From Armatimonadota bacterium (GTDB lineage: Bacteria > Armatimonadota > Fervidibacteria > Fervidibacterales > Thermosaccharophagaceae), in the NCBI GenBank assembly GCA_025062195.1, contig JANXAS010000005.1, forward strand, positions 15,368 to 79,367: DNA of 64,000 nucleotides, in the 5' to 3' direction. Position 1 is the stretch's first letter. The number at the start of each line of letters is the position of its first letter. The notes under the pieces are model-generated. The model did not search any database, was not told where the DNA came from, and saw nothing but the letters and a program-made list of their open reading frames with translations. The position numbers and the translations under genes were made by a program. Below, in pieces: positions 19,713 through 29,981 of this stretch.

Positions 19713-21194
19713 GTGATGCGTTCTTTAATAGCAATATGCTTTGCCATGTTGCTTTCATGGTATATATCTCAATCCCTATCGATTGCCGGAGAGATAAGCG
19801 GGACTGTGTTTGACACCGATGGGCAAACGCCGAAAGCTAACGCCACCGTTTTCTTATCTTCATCTGATGAGACATTGAGAGCGCGCTTCAACCTGCCGCG
19901 CGCAACAACGAGCAACAATGACGGGCGGTTCAAGTTTGAGGGGCTCGTTGCAGGCGCATATACTGTGCGCGCACTGCATGAGGCTGATAGCACCGTAGCG
20001 ACATCTCAGACGCGCCTGCCAAATGATGGTGCTCGTGTCGGCGTTTGGTTGACGCTTCGCCAAATGCGCTCTCAAGACGGGAGCATGATTTGGGGCGTGG
20101 TTAAGTCGGATGGAGGCGAAGTTAGAGTTGATGCTCAAGTCCTATATCGCAAAGTCGGCGAGAATGATTGGCAGCGCGCACAAGTGGATGAGTTTGGTAT
20201 GTATTTTGTTCGCGGGTTGGATGCCGGTGAGTATGAGGTTGCAGCTATAAGTGGGAGGATGGCTCGAGTCCCTGAACCATTGAAGCGCTTGCTCACCACA
20301 TCGCTTAAACCTCAAAGGGTAACATTGCAGGGCAACGCAGTGCTGCGTGTTGACTTGACCGCGGTAGAATTGATGCGCCCGGCATTGGAAGGGGTAAAGG
20401 GCTTGATGCGCGGTGCGCTTAAATTGCAGGTCAGTGGGCAGCTCGTTGACGAGGATGGCAAGCCATTGGCGAGAATGCCGTTTAGAGTGACAGATATGAG
20501 GGCGCAATTTCGTGGCAAGGGTGGCAATCAATTTGCCATGGCAATGACTTTTGATCTCCGTTCGGAGACGGATGAGAATGGTGGGTTCAGTGTAACTGTT
20601 GGGGATTTGGGAATGCGCAAGGAAACGCTCAGGATCGCAGGAGCACTTGCTGCCGGAGGCGAAATCACGCTCACCTTTGAAGTTGAGGGCTTCACACCAA
20701 TAGTTGTGAAGTTACCGAATGAAGTGGTTGAGCAGATTTTAAAGCGTGAGGTTGATGAATTGAAGGCGGATGTCGGCAGGGTCGTTGTAACGAGGGGCAT
20801 AACACTGAAGGTGCGCGTTGTTGATGCCGAGACTGGTATTCCGGTTGCTGGCGCAAAAGTGCTTGTGTCGCTCAACGAACTTAATCCGAAGATAGCTGAG
20901 TTGCAGATGAGGTTATTTGAGCGAGCTGAAAAGCGTGTGGGCAAAGCAGTTGAGAAAAAGATGGCTGCCATGAGGTGGCAATTTTTCTCTGTGGCTGGTG
21001 AGGATGGCTGTGCCATATTTGAGGCGATGCCACTTACGACACTTTACATCTATGTTGCTGCTGACGGTTATGAGGCTGCTCAGCGCCAAATTACCCCGGC
21101 TGGAAAGGGGCGCGCTGTTGAAATAACGGTTGAACTAAAGCAGCAGTTGGAGCAAAAGAGGAACCAAACAAAACGCCATGCAACCGAGGTTTGA
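19713..21194 (+). CDS. Secreted protein with repeated carboxypeptidase-regulatory-like beta-sandwich domains
   Basis: Signal peptide; repeated ISGTVFD/VSGQLVD/VRVVDAETG...GxFxF..L..G.Y.V modules. Confidence 0.75.
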   Translation: MMRSLIAICFAMLLSWYISQSLSIAGEISGTVFDTDGQTPKANATVFLSSSDETLRARFNLPRATTSNNDGRFKFEGLVAGAYTVRALHEADSTVATSQTRLPNDGARVGVWLTLRQMRSQDGSMIWGVVKSDGGEVRVDAQVLYRKVGENDWQRAQVDEFGMYFVRGLDAGEYEVAAISGRMARVPEPLKRLLTTSLKPQRVTLQGNAVLRVDLTAVELMRPALEGVKGLMRGALKLQVSGQLVDEDGKPLARMPFRVTDMRAQFRGKGGNQFAMAMTFDLRSETDENGGFSVTVGDLGMRKETLRIAGALAAGGEITLTFEVEGFTPIVVKLPNEVVEQILKREVDELKADVGRVVVTRGITLKVRVVDAETGIPVAGAKVLVSLNELNPKIAELQMRLFERAEKRVGKAVEKKMAAMRWQFFSVAGEDGCAIFEAMPLTTLYIYVAADGYEAAQRQITPAGKGRAVEITVELKQQLEQKRNQTKRHATEV

Positions 21195-21246
21195 ATGCTG
21201 AACTTAAGCAACCCTTTTGTGCTCCAAGGGAAGTGAGGCATGAATC

Positions 21247-22059
21247 GTGAAGTTAGCTTTGCTTATGATGGTTGGGCTTTTTGCCGGCGCGTATGGATGT
21301 ATCATCGGCGCAGGTGGCGGTTTTATTCTTATGCCCGTGTTGCTTTTAATGCATCCATATGAAGAGCCATCCTCTCTCACAGCAACATGTCTTACAGCCG
21401 TTTTTATGAATGCTCTCTCAGGGTCAATTGCATATGCGCGCGCAGGGCGCATCAAATACAAGTGCGCCGGCGCTTTAGCTGCCGGCACGCTCCCAGGAGG
21501 GGTCGTTGGCGCATTGCTCACCGGTATCGCGGAGAGAAAGTTTTTTAACCTTGCCTTCGGCATACTGCTCTTAGCCCTGTCAGCATACCTGTTCCTCAGG
21601 AAAGAAACTCATAGCGCTTCAATGGGGGAGTGCGTTAAATGCTCCGCAGATGAAGCACCTGCTGTGAGGCGCAGCAGCATACATTGTGACGCTAAAGGCG
21701 GTGTCATCATCGTCGCCCTCATCGGATGCGCTGTCACAAGCATTGCCACATTCGCTGGCGTTGGCGGTGGGATTGTTCTGGTTCCGGCGCTTGTTGGGTT
21801 AGTTGGCATGCCAACGCATATTGCTACAGCTACATCAATGCTCGTTGTGTGCCTTAATTCACTCGTCGGAGTGTTGACGCATCTTTTTTCTGGGACTGTA
21901 TTCAGCATTTTTGACTCAACCGTCATCGGTGTGGGCATGATAATTGGGGCGCAAATTGGCGCGGCAATTTCCGGACGAATATCATCAATTTGGATTTTGC
22001 ATTTGCTTGCAGGTGCTCTTGGGATTGTTGGCGTGAGAATTCTCCTAACCGCCGTTTAA
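21247..22059 (+). CDS. TauE/SafE (TSUP) family sulfite exporter-like membrane protein
   Basis: Two GxGGG..xP repeats (GAGGGFILMP, GVGGGIVLVP), ATATS; highly hydrophobic. Confidence 0.88.
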   Translation: MKLALLMMVGLFAGAYGCIIGAGGGFILMPVLLLMHPYEEPSSLTATCLTAVFMNALSGSIAYARAGRIKYKCAGALAAGTLPGGVVGALLTGIAERKFFNLAFGILLLALSAYLFLRKETHSASMGECVKCSADEAPAVRRSSIHCDAKGGVIIVALIGCAVTSIATFAGVGGGIVLVPALVGLVGMPTHIATATSMLVVCLNSLVGVLTHLFSGTVFSIFDSTVIGVGMIIGAQIGAAISGRISSIWILHLLAGALGIVGVRILLTAV

Positions 22060-22463
22060 GCTTTTACACCGCCTCAAGAATTAATGCGGTATAAGTTCAC
22101 GCATGCAAGGAAGTTCTGGTGGCATGTTGTCCCTCGTATCGTTAAATGGCAAAACTACCGCACTATACTCTCATCCCTCAGGGCAGTCGCCATTTGGAGC
22201 CGTAGTAATGAGGATTTAACAACCATCGGGGACAACACACACGCTGCACAGGTTAGATGCTTCCTTCACCATTTTAAGAAACTAAAGTAGCATGGGCATT
22301 CCAACTTATCTATTTGAAGTTTTCGGAAATATACCTTCCACGCTTTCCTTTTAGCCGCAAAGCGACAAAAACTCCCACAATGTATTGGGGTATTGTCGCC
22401 TCTTGTGGGCTTCGGAAGTTAAAGACTATCGTGGGCAAGTCACAACGCTGCACAGGTTGGGTG

Positions 22464-23903
22464 TTACCTTGATTTTTGAGAAATGGTATCAGTCCCATGG
22501 TTGACAAACTCAAATTGAACCTCGGGCAGTGTAATTACCTCTCCATTGCTAAGGCAGACCGAAGCGCTTAGGCAGTAAACCCTTTGTCCATCTGTTGGTT
22601 CAATGCGCGCATAGTATGGGCGTTTGTTAGTCAAGAGGATCGCCCTACCATTGAGCCTGTATGAAACAAAGCGCACATCAATGCCTCTTGGAACATGAAG
22701 CCATACGAGCCGTGAGCCATAAACAATATCGCCCTTGCACAATCCGAGAAGTGTTATCCCATAGGTGCCGATTACCCTCTCATTCAACATGGCTTTCATA
22801 GGCTCAATCTTGGGATGGTTAATCCACACACTCTGCCTCGGCACGCTCAGCGGCGGCGAAAGCTCAAGGAGTCGTAATGGTTGGCGCGGCAAAAGTTTCG
22901 TTGGGGTAAACCAATTGCCAAAGTATGGCTCGCTCAAAAAATGCGGTGAGGAGATAAGCGCTCTGTATGCAGCGAGCACATAGCTGTTGCTTGTCAGGCA
23001 ATAATTGTTGTTGGCGAGCCCAGCCTTTATCGTGTCCATGCTGAACCAGTTTATCATCTTCACCCTCGGCAGTTCTCTCGCTATCGCTTCATACATGCGC
23101 GCCATCTTCACGAGCGCAAAATCGGTTGTGTCTCGTCTCGTGCCCTTGCAGTAGTGAGTTGCAGCGTATTCAGCAACCGCAATTGGTTTGCGCCGTGCAT
23201 AAGTGTTGTAAACATGCCGAAGCAGCATGACTGGATCTTCAAAATGTGCTGGTTCGTTCGGATTTCCGTTGTGACAGTAGACGCTATAAATGTTTACGCC
23301 AACCCAATCAACGAATTCATCCCCAGGGTAGTAAGCATCAATGTTTTCTCTCGGCATGCAGAATGGCGCCCAGAGCATAGCCACATTTGGCGCCTCCATC
23401 CGCATGACCTTGGCTACCAGTCTCCACTTAGCGACATATTTCCTTGGGTTGCCAAAGTAGGCTGTCCATGCGCCGTTCATCTCCGAGGCAAAGCGCAGTA
23501 TTATTGGGAACTCAAATTGAGCTGCTTGACGAGCCCATGAGCGCAGGTATTCGTCATCTTGGACTTCATCCAAACCGTCGTTTGGCTCCCATGCGATATG
23601 CGGTATTGCGTTTGCTTCTATCACCTTGCGCACCCAATTAACTGGGAATGGTGAGCCATAGCCAATATATGTGATGTAGCTTGCGTGCTTTTTACCGGTC
23701 AACTGCTCAAACAGCTTTATGTCGCCGCGCGCAATTTCATCCCATTCAATGAACGCACCAATGTAGCATCCATATGGCGGCTCAAGCTTCTCAAGTGCCC
23801 ATAATTTGGGTTGCAAAAGGAGTGCAATAATGGTTTGGAATAATAGCTGGTGCGTCATATTAGCCACTTTAGCCACTATGGCACACCACCTTGCAAATCC
23901 CAT
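22464..23903 (-). CDS. Glycoside hydrolase family 26 protein with C-terminal Ig-like domain
   Basis: IAWEP, LRFASEMNGAW (acid/base), YYPGDEFVDWVG, KPIAVAEY (nucleophile); start uncertain. Confidence 0.85.
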   Translation of the reverse strand: MGFARWCAIVAKVANMTHQLLFQTIIALLLQPKLWALEKLEPPYGCYIGAFIEWDEIARGDIKLFEQLTGKKHASYITYIGYGSPFPVNWVRKVIEANAIPHIAWEPNDGLDEVQDDEYLRSWARQAAQFEFPIILRFASEMNGAWTAYFGNPRKYVAKWRLVAKVMRMEAPNVAMLWAPFCMPRENIDAYYPGDEFVDWVGVNIYSVYCHNGNPNEPAHFEDPVMLLRHVYNTYARRKPIAVAEYAATHYCKGTRRDTTDFALVKMARMYEAIARELPRVKMINWFSMDTIKAGLANNNYCLTSNSYVLAAYRALISSPHFLSEPYFGNWFTPTKLLPRQPLRLLELSPPLSVPRQSVWINHPKIEPMKAMLNERVIGTYGITLLGLCKGDIVYGSRLVWLHVPRGIDVRFVSYRLNGRAILLTNKRPYYARIEPTDGQRVYCLSASVCLSNGEVITLPEVQFEFVNHGTDTISQKSR

Positions 23904-24008
23904 AACTGCAATTAGGAGCTGCGCAGTTGAATCCGTGGGCAGCTGCTAAGCTGCCAGCATAATTCGCTTTTTAACGATTACTACACCGTAGACGAATGAA
24001 GTCGTTAG

Positions 24009-24076
24009 GTAGGGGTGGCTTCAGCCACTAAATTTTTAAAGCCAAGATTTTTGTTCTGGGCTGAAGCACCCCCTGC
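24009..24076. repeat. GTAG-type REP-like doublet
   Basis: GTAGGGGTGGCTTCAGCCAC...GGGCTGAAGCACCCCCTGC. Confidence 0.65.
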
Positions 24077-24295
24077 ATGTAGGTCTGTAATTTAACCCAA
24101 GTTGCCAAGCCGTTTGAATTATTCATCTTTGCAGTGCTTTTCGGGCAGACCTTTTCCCCCACTTGCAAAACGACGCCAACTGCGTAACAACTTTGCAATT
24201 TAAGTGCTTTGCACGGAGTTGCGCCAACCAATATTTCGGGTTGTTTTTGTTCCTCGCCCGTTAAACCCTTTGAAGGTGAAACGCCATTGTTGCGA

Positions 24296-26230
24296 TCAGG
24301 AGCGGTGCTCCCTTTCGGTTTGCTCAAGGTTCGCAGAATGACTGGCTTGCTCTGTGTGCAAGAATTCCCAAAGCCTCTTAGCCACATCTCTTGTCATCCC
24401 GGGAACAGAAGCCAACTCATCAACGCTTGCCCTCTTGAGTTCTTCTAAGCTGCCAAAACGCATCAGCAATCTTTGCTTCCTCACACTGCCAATGCCGTGA
24501 ACTCCGTCAAGCACTGAGCGCAGTGCAAACTTCCTTCGTCTTGTCCTGTGATGCCTTATTGCAAATGAGTGCGCTTCATCCCTTATCCGCTGAAGGAGAA
24601 GCAATGCAGGGTCATTGTATGGCAATGCGATTGGTGCCGGCTCGCTCGGAAGGTAGATAAGTTCGTGCTCTTTAGCTAACCCGGCAACTTTTATGCTGCT
24701 TAACCCAAGCTCATTTAGCACCTGAATGGCGCAGTTTGCTTGTCCCTTGCCACCGTCAACGAGCACTATGTCTGGAGGCGTTGAGAATTTTTCATCTCCA
24801 GTGAGCAGTCTTGAAAAGCGTCTTTTGAGCACCTCACGCATCATGGCATAGTCATCCGGGAAGCCTTCATGCATCTTTATCGTAAACCGCCTATACGAAC
24901 TCTTATCTGGACGACCGTCTTGAAATACGACCATTGAGCCAACAGCCACATGCCCATGCAAGTTTGAGATGTCAAAGCATTCAATCCGCCTCGGTTGGCG
25001 ATCTAAGGCAAGATAGCGTCGTAGTGATTCCAGAGCTTCTTGAAGGAAGCGCTGTTCACGCTCGCTTTGTTCAAGCTCCGAAGCTAAAGCTTGCTCAGCA
25101 TTTTGCTGCGCTATGTTGAGCAACTCCTTTAGTTTGCCCCTCAACGGGACTTGCACGGTGACTTTGCTGCCGCGCTTATCGGAAAGCCATTCTGAGATTA
25201 CTTTGGCATCCTCAATTGGCATTGGCAGGATGATGCTTTGCGGTATTGGGACAAGCGATGAATAATGTTGCTTTAGGAATGCCGAGAGAAGGTCTGCGGG
25301 CGATTTTGCATCCTGAGAGCGCACTATGAAAGATTGACTCCCTATCAATCTTCCCGAACGCACAGTGAGCATTTGTATGCATGCCCATCCACCCTTTTCG
25401 GCATATCCATAGGCATCCACATCCTCACAAGCCCCAATAACGACGCTCTGCTTTTCAATTACCCGTTCAATGGCGAATATTTGGTCTCTTATCTTGGCGG
25501 CGCGCTCAAACTCAAGCTTCTGTGCTGCTTCCATCATTTGGCGGCGAAGCTCTTCAATCACCTGTGTGTGCCTGCCATCAAGGAAGGCGCAAACATCCTT
25601 GACGAGCCTCCCGTAATCTTCCTCGCTTACTGCACCGATGCAAGGACCGCTACATCGCATTATGTGATACTCCAAACAAGCTCTCGGCATGAGCTTTGAT
25701 GTATCTCGCCATGGACAACCGCTCAACCGCCTGTTGCCAACGAGCGTCATAACACGCATGCCGAATGTTCGCTTAATTATATCAATCGTTTCCTTTAGCG
25801 CCTTGCTTGATGTAAAGGGACCAAAGTATAACGCCCCGTCATCCTTCGTCGCCCTGACGATCAAAAGCGGTGGGAATGGTTCTTGAAATGGTATTTTGAG
25901 GAATGGGTAATGCTTGTCATCTTTGAAGCGTATGTTAAATTGCGGTCGGTAAAACTTTATCAAGTTGCCCTCAAGTATTAGTGCCTCTTTCTCGGTGCGC
26001 GTCGTAAGGTATTCAATATCGTGTATGCGTTGCCTTAACTTGTAATGCCAAGGATTTCTTTCGCCGCTTGAAGCAAAGTATGAGCGGACACGGTTGCGCA
26101 GCGAAGATGCTTTTCCAACATAAATTACCTTTCCATCGCTGTCTTTGAACATGTATACCCCGGGGCAATCTGGAAGTGCCGCAAGCTTTGAGCGTAAGCG
26201 CTCGTTTTCCAAATCCCTATTATTCTGCAT
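24296..26230 (-). CDS. uvrC: Excinuclease ABC subunit C
   Basis: PGVY..YVGKA..LRNRVRSYF (GIY-YIG), LEFERAAKIRD, IECFDISN, DGGKGQ, RDEAHSFA, HhH motifs. Confidence 0.97.
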   Translation of the reverse strand: MQNNRDLENERLRSKLAALPDCPGVYMFKDSDGKVIYVGKASSLRNRVRSYFASSGERNPWHYKLRQRIHDIEYLTTRTEKEALILEGNLIKFYRPQFNIRFKDDKHYPFLKIPFQEPFPPLLIVRATKDDGALYFGPFTSSKALKETIDIIKRTFGMRVMTLVGNRRLSGCPWRDTSKLMPRACLEYHIMRCSGPCIGAVSEEDYGRLVKDVCAFLDGRHTQVIEELRRQMMEAAQKLEFERAAKIRDQIFAIERVIEKQSVVIGACEDVDAYGYAEKGGWACIQMLTVRSGRLIGSQSFIVRSQDAKSPADLLSAFLKQHYSSLVPIPQSIILPMPIEDAKVISEWLSDKRGSKVTVQVPLRGKLKELLNIAQQNAEQALASELEQSEREQRFLQEALESLRRYLALDRQPRRIECFDISNLHGHVAVGSMVVFQDGRPDKSSYRRFTIKMHEGFPDDYAMMREVLKRRFSRLLTGDEKFSTPPDIVLVDGGKGQANCAIQVLNELGLSSIKVAGLAKEHELIYLPSEPAPIALPYNDPALLLLQRIRDEAHSFAIRHHRTRRRKFALRSVLDGVHGIGSVRKQRLLMRFGSLEELKRASVDELASVPGMTRDVAKRLWEFLHTEQASHSANLEQTEREHRS

Positions 26231-26581
26231 GGCTTAAATCACCGATAAACGCCGTTGCGAAATGAAAGCAGCGCAGTGATTCAAGGCATAGGCGAGTAAT
26301 AGTCCGCCACATCCCTTCAGAGTGCCATCGCGCTGCCTTTAAGAAGTTCAGGAATGGCTGGCATTCTGCCCGCACAATTTGTAATCTTGCTCTTTGATGC
26401 AGCAATCGCATGCTCAAACTGTGCTTCATAATCATAGGGTGACACATAAGGTGCTAAAATGCCTTTGCCTTGTCGCGATGCCACTTTACAATGTGACAAA
26501 AGGTAGTTACACTATAGCCTGAACTTTTTATGTTACATAGCTTTGAGGCGGATTCGTGTGCTGTGCAGGGAGGTGCTGAAG

Positions 26582-29497
26582 ATGAGTGAGAGGGGTAAAC
26601 GAGGATGTAAATGGGCAAGGTTAATGCTTGTTGCGATGTGCCTCCTGTTTACATGGTTCAACGGCGTTGCGGAGCAACAGGATGCTTCACAAAGCAATCC
26701 TCGAGTCCAAATTATTTCTCCTCAAAACGGCGCCACATTCGTGAAGGAGAAGATCATACCAATCACATACCAAGCTTGGAGTCCTGATGGGACTCCACTA
26801 ATACGAGCCGAAGCTTATGTTGACGGCATAAGGGGCGATGAGGGACTAAGCTACAATCCGCCAACCACATCAATTCAAGAGACACTTGAATGGGATGCAA
26901 CATTTTTCCGTGATGGACCACATACAATAACCATACGGGTATTTGATGCTCACAACCGCATGGGCGAGGCGAGCGTGACAATTTACAAGGGCGCCGATAC
27001 GACCAAACCGAAGGCTGAGATACTCTCCCCCAAAAGTGGCTCGGTCGTCAAAGGCGTAGTTGCAATCATTGCAAGATTTGAGGATGACAGGCAACTCACC
27101 CAGGTTGGTGTTAGAGCAATTTCACAAGACGCAAGGCAGAAGCACAGCATAATTTATGCGAGGGGTGGAGTATTGAGGGAGCGAATATATGAAGCAACGG
27201 TGTTTTGGGATACAACTCTTGTGACTGGTGGCTCACCAGTATTCCCCGACGGTCTTTACATCCTTCAGGCATGGGCTGTGGATGGACAGGGTCAGGAAGG
27301 CGTCTCACCAGAGGTGCTCGTAACGGTGCGAAATCAAGTCGCTGAGGCGGTCATACAGCGCCCGCAAGTGCCCCCAAGAAGTGGTCAAAGCAAATTGGCG
27401 GAACCAACTAATGGAGCAGTCATAATCACGAGACCGATGCAGCCCGGAGATATGGGGACGCTGCCAAAGCAACCGCCCTCGGAAATTACAATTATACCCG
27501 CACCCATCCCCCCAGGGATAAGGCAGTTGCCAACTGTTGAACTATCGGCGGCAAGGTTAGCCGTAAGCAGGGCTTTGCAGCAACTCCTTTCAACGCCTTT
27601 GATTCGTGGCGAATCAACCGCTCAATTTACGGTGAAGAGCTATGAGCCATACGTTGCGCCGTTGGAATTGAGAACAAGGGGAAAGCCATCACTTGTTATC
27701 TCACTAAGACCGTTGTCGGCTGGTGAGATGGTTTCAAGCTTAGTTGGGAGGGGTGAATCAATTACACAGCCCATCAGGGCAGGCTATGAGCCATACGTTG
27801 CGCCGTTGGAATTGGGAACAAGGGGAAAGCCATCACTTGTTATCTCACTAAGACCGTTGTCGGCTGGTGAGATGGTTTCAAGCTTAGTTGGGAGGGGTGA
27901 ATCAATTACACAGCTCATCAGGGCAGGCTATGAGCCATATGTTGCGTCGTTGGAATTGAGGGCGAGGGGATTAGGCATTGGGTTACCACCATTGGCTCGC
28001 GAGGTTAGAACGAACTTGAGGGGCAGCGAAATAAGGCGTGTGCGCTCTTTTCAAGTTTCACGGTTTCCAACAGATGCAAAAGCGGTAATGCTGGCTGTCA
28101 AACCGAGGGAAGTGGCTAACATATCTCGTATGGCTATGTTGAGTTCGCCGGGCATTGCAAGCGTTGACAGACGCCTAAATGTTGAGAGGGATGCAAGGCT
28201 GATGCAGCCGGAAAAAGTTGCGCTGCCATACTCGCTTCGTCCAATCGCGGCTATATCTGCCCCTAAGTTGGGCATGTCCGAATTGGCAATTGGGCGCGCT
28301 GAAACAATTCAAAAGCCTATTAAGCCAGCAACACCTGATACAGTTTGGCTTAATCCGACCAAGTTGCCGTTGGCATCTCGTTATGCCGCTGCAGGCGATA
28401 TGAAAACTGTCCAAGCAATGCGAGCCTACTCTGTTGAACCAGAAGTTACTCAACCGCCTAAGCCAAGGGCTATACCAATTATCACCGAGGTGTCGCCGGT
28501 TGAACCTCATTTGGCACCACCAAGGCTGCACGAACCGTTAGTTTCGGGCAGAGGCGAAGCTGCCCAAATGTGTTCCTCGTATGTAAGCAAGGCATTACCG
28601 GCAATTGCGCGCACATATGTTGTGAGTGCTCCTATGGTAGCAAGATTAGCAGCATATGGGATTGCGTCGGTAAAGCCATCTGGCGCTCGGATGCCTATTG
28701 CGAGCACACTGCCAAAACAAGTGGAGGTTCGTAAAGTGCCGTTGCAACAGCCACCAGCTGCGGCTTTGCCCAGTCACAGTCGCGCGCAGGTTGCACGAGC
28801 ACAAGTTGCATTGCCGGATGCAACTCCAACGAAGCGTTCAAGGATGGTTGATGTGGGAATTTTACGGCGAACACCAGCTGCATTGCCGACCATACATTCA
28901 AGAAGCGTTAGGGAACAGACAAGAGTTATCATCGCGAGACGGAAAATGAGTTTCACATACACAGTCCAACCCGGAGATACACTTTGCAGCTTGGCACGCA
29001 AGTTCGGATTGACGCTGCGTCAATTGATGGATGCAAACAACCTTCACAAGCCAGTCAAGTTGCGCCGTGGGCAAATGCTCGTGATACCGCACATGCCGAT
29101 ATTGGTGAGATGCAGTGGGCAAACAGTTGACTCCGATGTCCAACCATATTTGTTCTTCGGGGTTGCTCTCACTCCGTTTAGGGCAATCGTTGAATTTGCC
29201 GGGGGCTCGGTTGACTGGATAAGTGGAGAAAGGAAAGTGTTCGCTCAATGGGATGGTAAGCAAATCCATCTGAGGATTAATCATCCGGCAGCTTTGATCA
29301 ATGATGAACAGGTGCTCCTAAAGCCACCTCCGTTCCTGCTGCTTAACCGAACGATTGTGCCGGCTCGCCTGTTTGAACGCGTGTTTGATGTGCCGGTCGT
29401 TTGGAATGAGCGTGAAGGTGTCGTGGAAATAGGATTAGCACTTAAGGAGACGCAAACACGGCCGGATGAGGCATCCACACAGGAAGCGCAAAAGTGA
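26582..29497 (+). CDS. Secreted envelope protein: 2 Ig-like domains, long Pro-rich linker, LysM, copper-amine-oxidase-N-like domain
   Basis: Signal peptide; VQIISPQNG and EILSPKSG Ig domains; YTVQPGDTLCSLARKFG LysM; PFRAIVE..G..VDW...RTIVPAR; start at ATG behind GGAGGTG. Confidence 0.8.
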   Translation: MSERGKRGCKWARLMLVAMCLLFTWFNGVAEQQDASQSNPRVQIISPQNGATFVKEKIIPITYQAWSPDGTPLIRAEAYVDGIRGDEGLSYNPPTTSIQETLEWDATFFRDGPHTITIRVFDAHNRMGEASVTIYKGADTTKPKAEILSPKSGSVVKGVVAIIARFEDDRQLTQVGVRAISQDARQKHSIIYARGGVLRERIYEATVFWDTTLVTGGSPVFPDGLYILQAWAVDGQGQEGVSPEVLVTVRNQVAEAVIQRPQVPPRSGQSKLAEPTNGAVIITRPMQPGDMGTLPKQPPSEITIIPAPIPPGIRQLPTVELSAARLAVSRALQQLLSTPLIRGESTAQFTVKSYEPYVAPLELRTRGKPSLVISLRPLSAGEMVSSLVGRGESITQPIRAGYEPYVAPLELGTRGKPSLVISLRPLSAGEMVSSLVGRGESITQLIRAGYEPYVASLELRARGLGIGLPPLAREVRTNLRGSEIRRVRSFQVSRFPTDAKAVMLAVKPREVANISRMAMLSSPGIASVDRRLNVERDARLMQPEKVALPYSLRPIAAISAPKLGMSELAIGRAETIQKPIKPATPDTVWLNPTKLPLASRYAAAGDMKTVQAMRAYSVEPEVTQPPKPRAIPIITEVSPVEPHLAPPRLHEPLVSGRGEAAQMCSSYVSKALPAIARTYVVSAPMVARLAAYGIASVKPSGARMPIASTLPKQVEVRKVPLQQPPAAALPSHSRAQVARAQVALPDATPTKRSRMVDVGILRRTPAALPTIHSRSVREQTRVIIARRKMSFTYTVQPGDTLCSLARKFGLTLRQLMDANNLHKPVKLRRGQMLVIPHMPILVRCSGQTVDSDVQPYLFFGVALTPFRAIVEFAGGSVDWISGERKVFAQWDGKQIHLRINHPAALINDEQVLLKPPPFLLLNRTIVPARLFERVFDVPVVWNEREGVVEIGLALKETQTRPDEASTQEAQK
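27640..27960 (+). repeat. In-frame 144-bp (48-aa) tandem repeat, about 2.2 copies
   Basis: CTATGAGCCATA(C/T)GTTGCG at 27640, 27784 and 27928. Confidence 0.95.
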
Positions 29498-29774
29498 TGA
29501 AAAGCAGCACGGGCTTAAACCCCATAAGAGCATGTGCAAGATGCACATACTACACACCAATATAACGGTGCATAAATTGCGCATGAGACTCGTCACTTAT
29601 GAGTTGCACAGTTGAGTGCAGAGGTGGCTGCTAAGCCACCCGCAATTTTAAGGGCTATAGTCCGCCTAAAAGGCAACGCCGAATGTATAACTCCTTCCCT
29701 CATATGATGGCATCAAATGTTCTTTGCACTGGTGAGTGACAGCGTTAAAATCAGTTGTTGGATTTGAAGCCAGT

Positions 29775-29846
29775 GCCGGCGTAGCTCAGCGGCAGAGCGG
29801 GGCATTCGTAATGCTCAGGTCCGGGGTTCAAATCCCCGCGCCGGCT
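29775..29846 (+). tRNA. tRNA-Thr(CGT), CCA not encoded
   Basis: Acceptor stem GCCGGCG/CGCCGGC, D arm GCTC/GAGC, anticodon loop TTCGTAA, T loop GGTTCAAATCC; followed by CAA. Confidence 0.95.
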
Positions 29847-29981
29847 CAAATGCAACTTGTGCACATTATTGAAAGTCCAACCTCTATGAACTGCGCTGGG
29901 AAATGCTCCAAGGGGATGCGCTCCGCCAATCTATGAGATATGGTGTGGATTCTCTGATACTTATCGGGAAGATAAGAGCGC

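Noticed and set aside
29775-29980. Genomic island integrated at tRNA-Thr
   Set aside because: No integrase and no duplicated tRNA 3' end seen in the window
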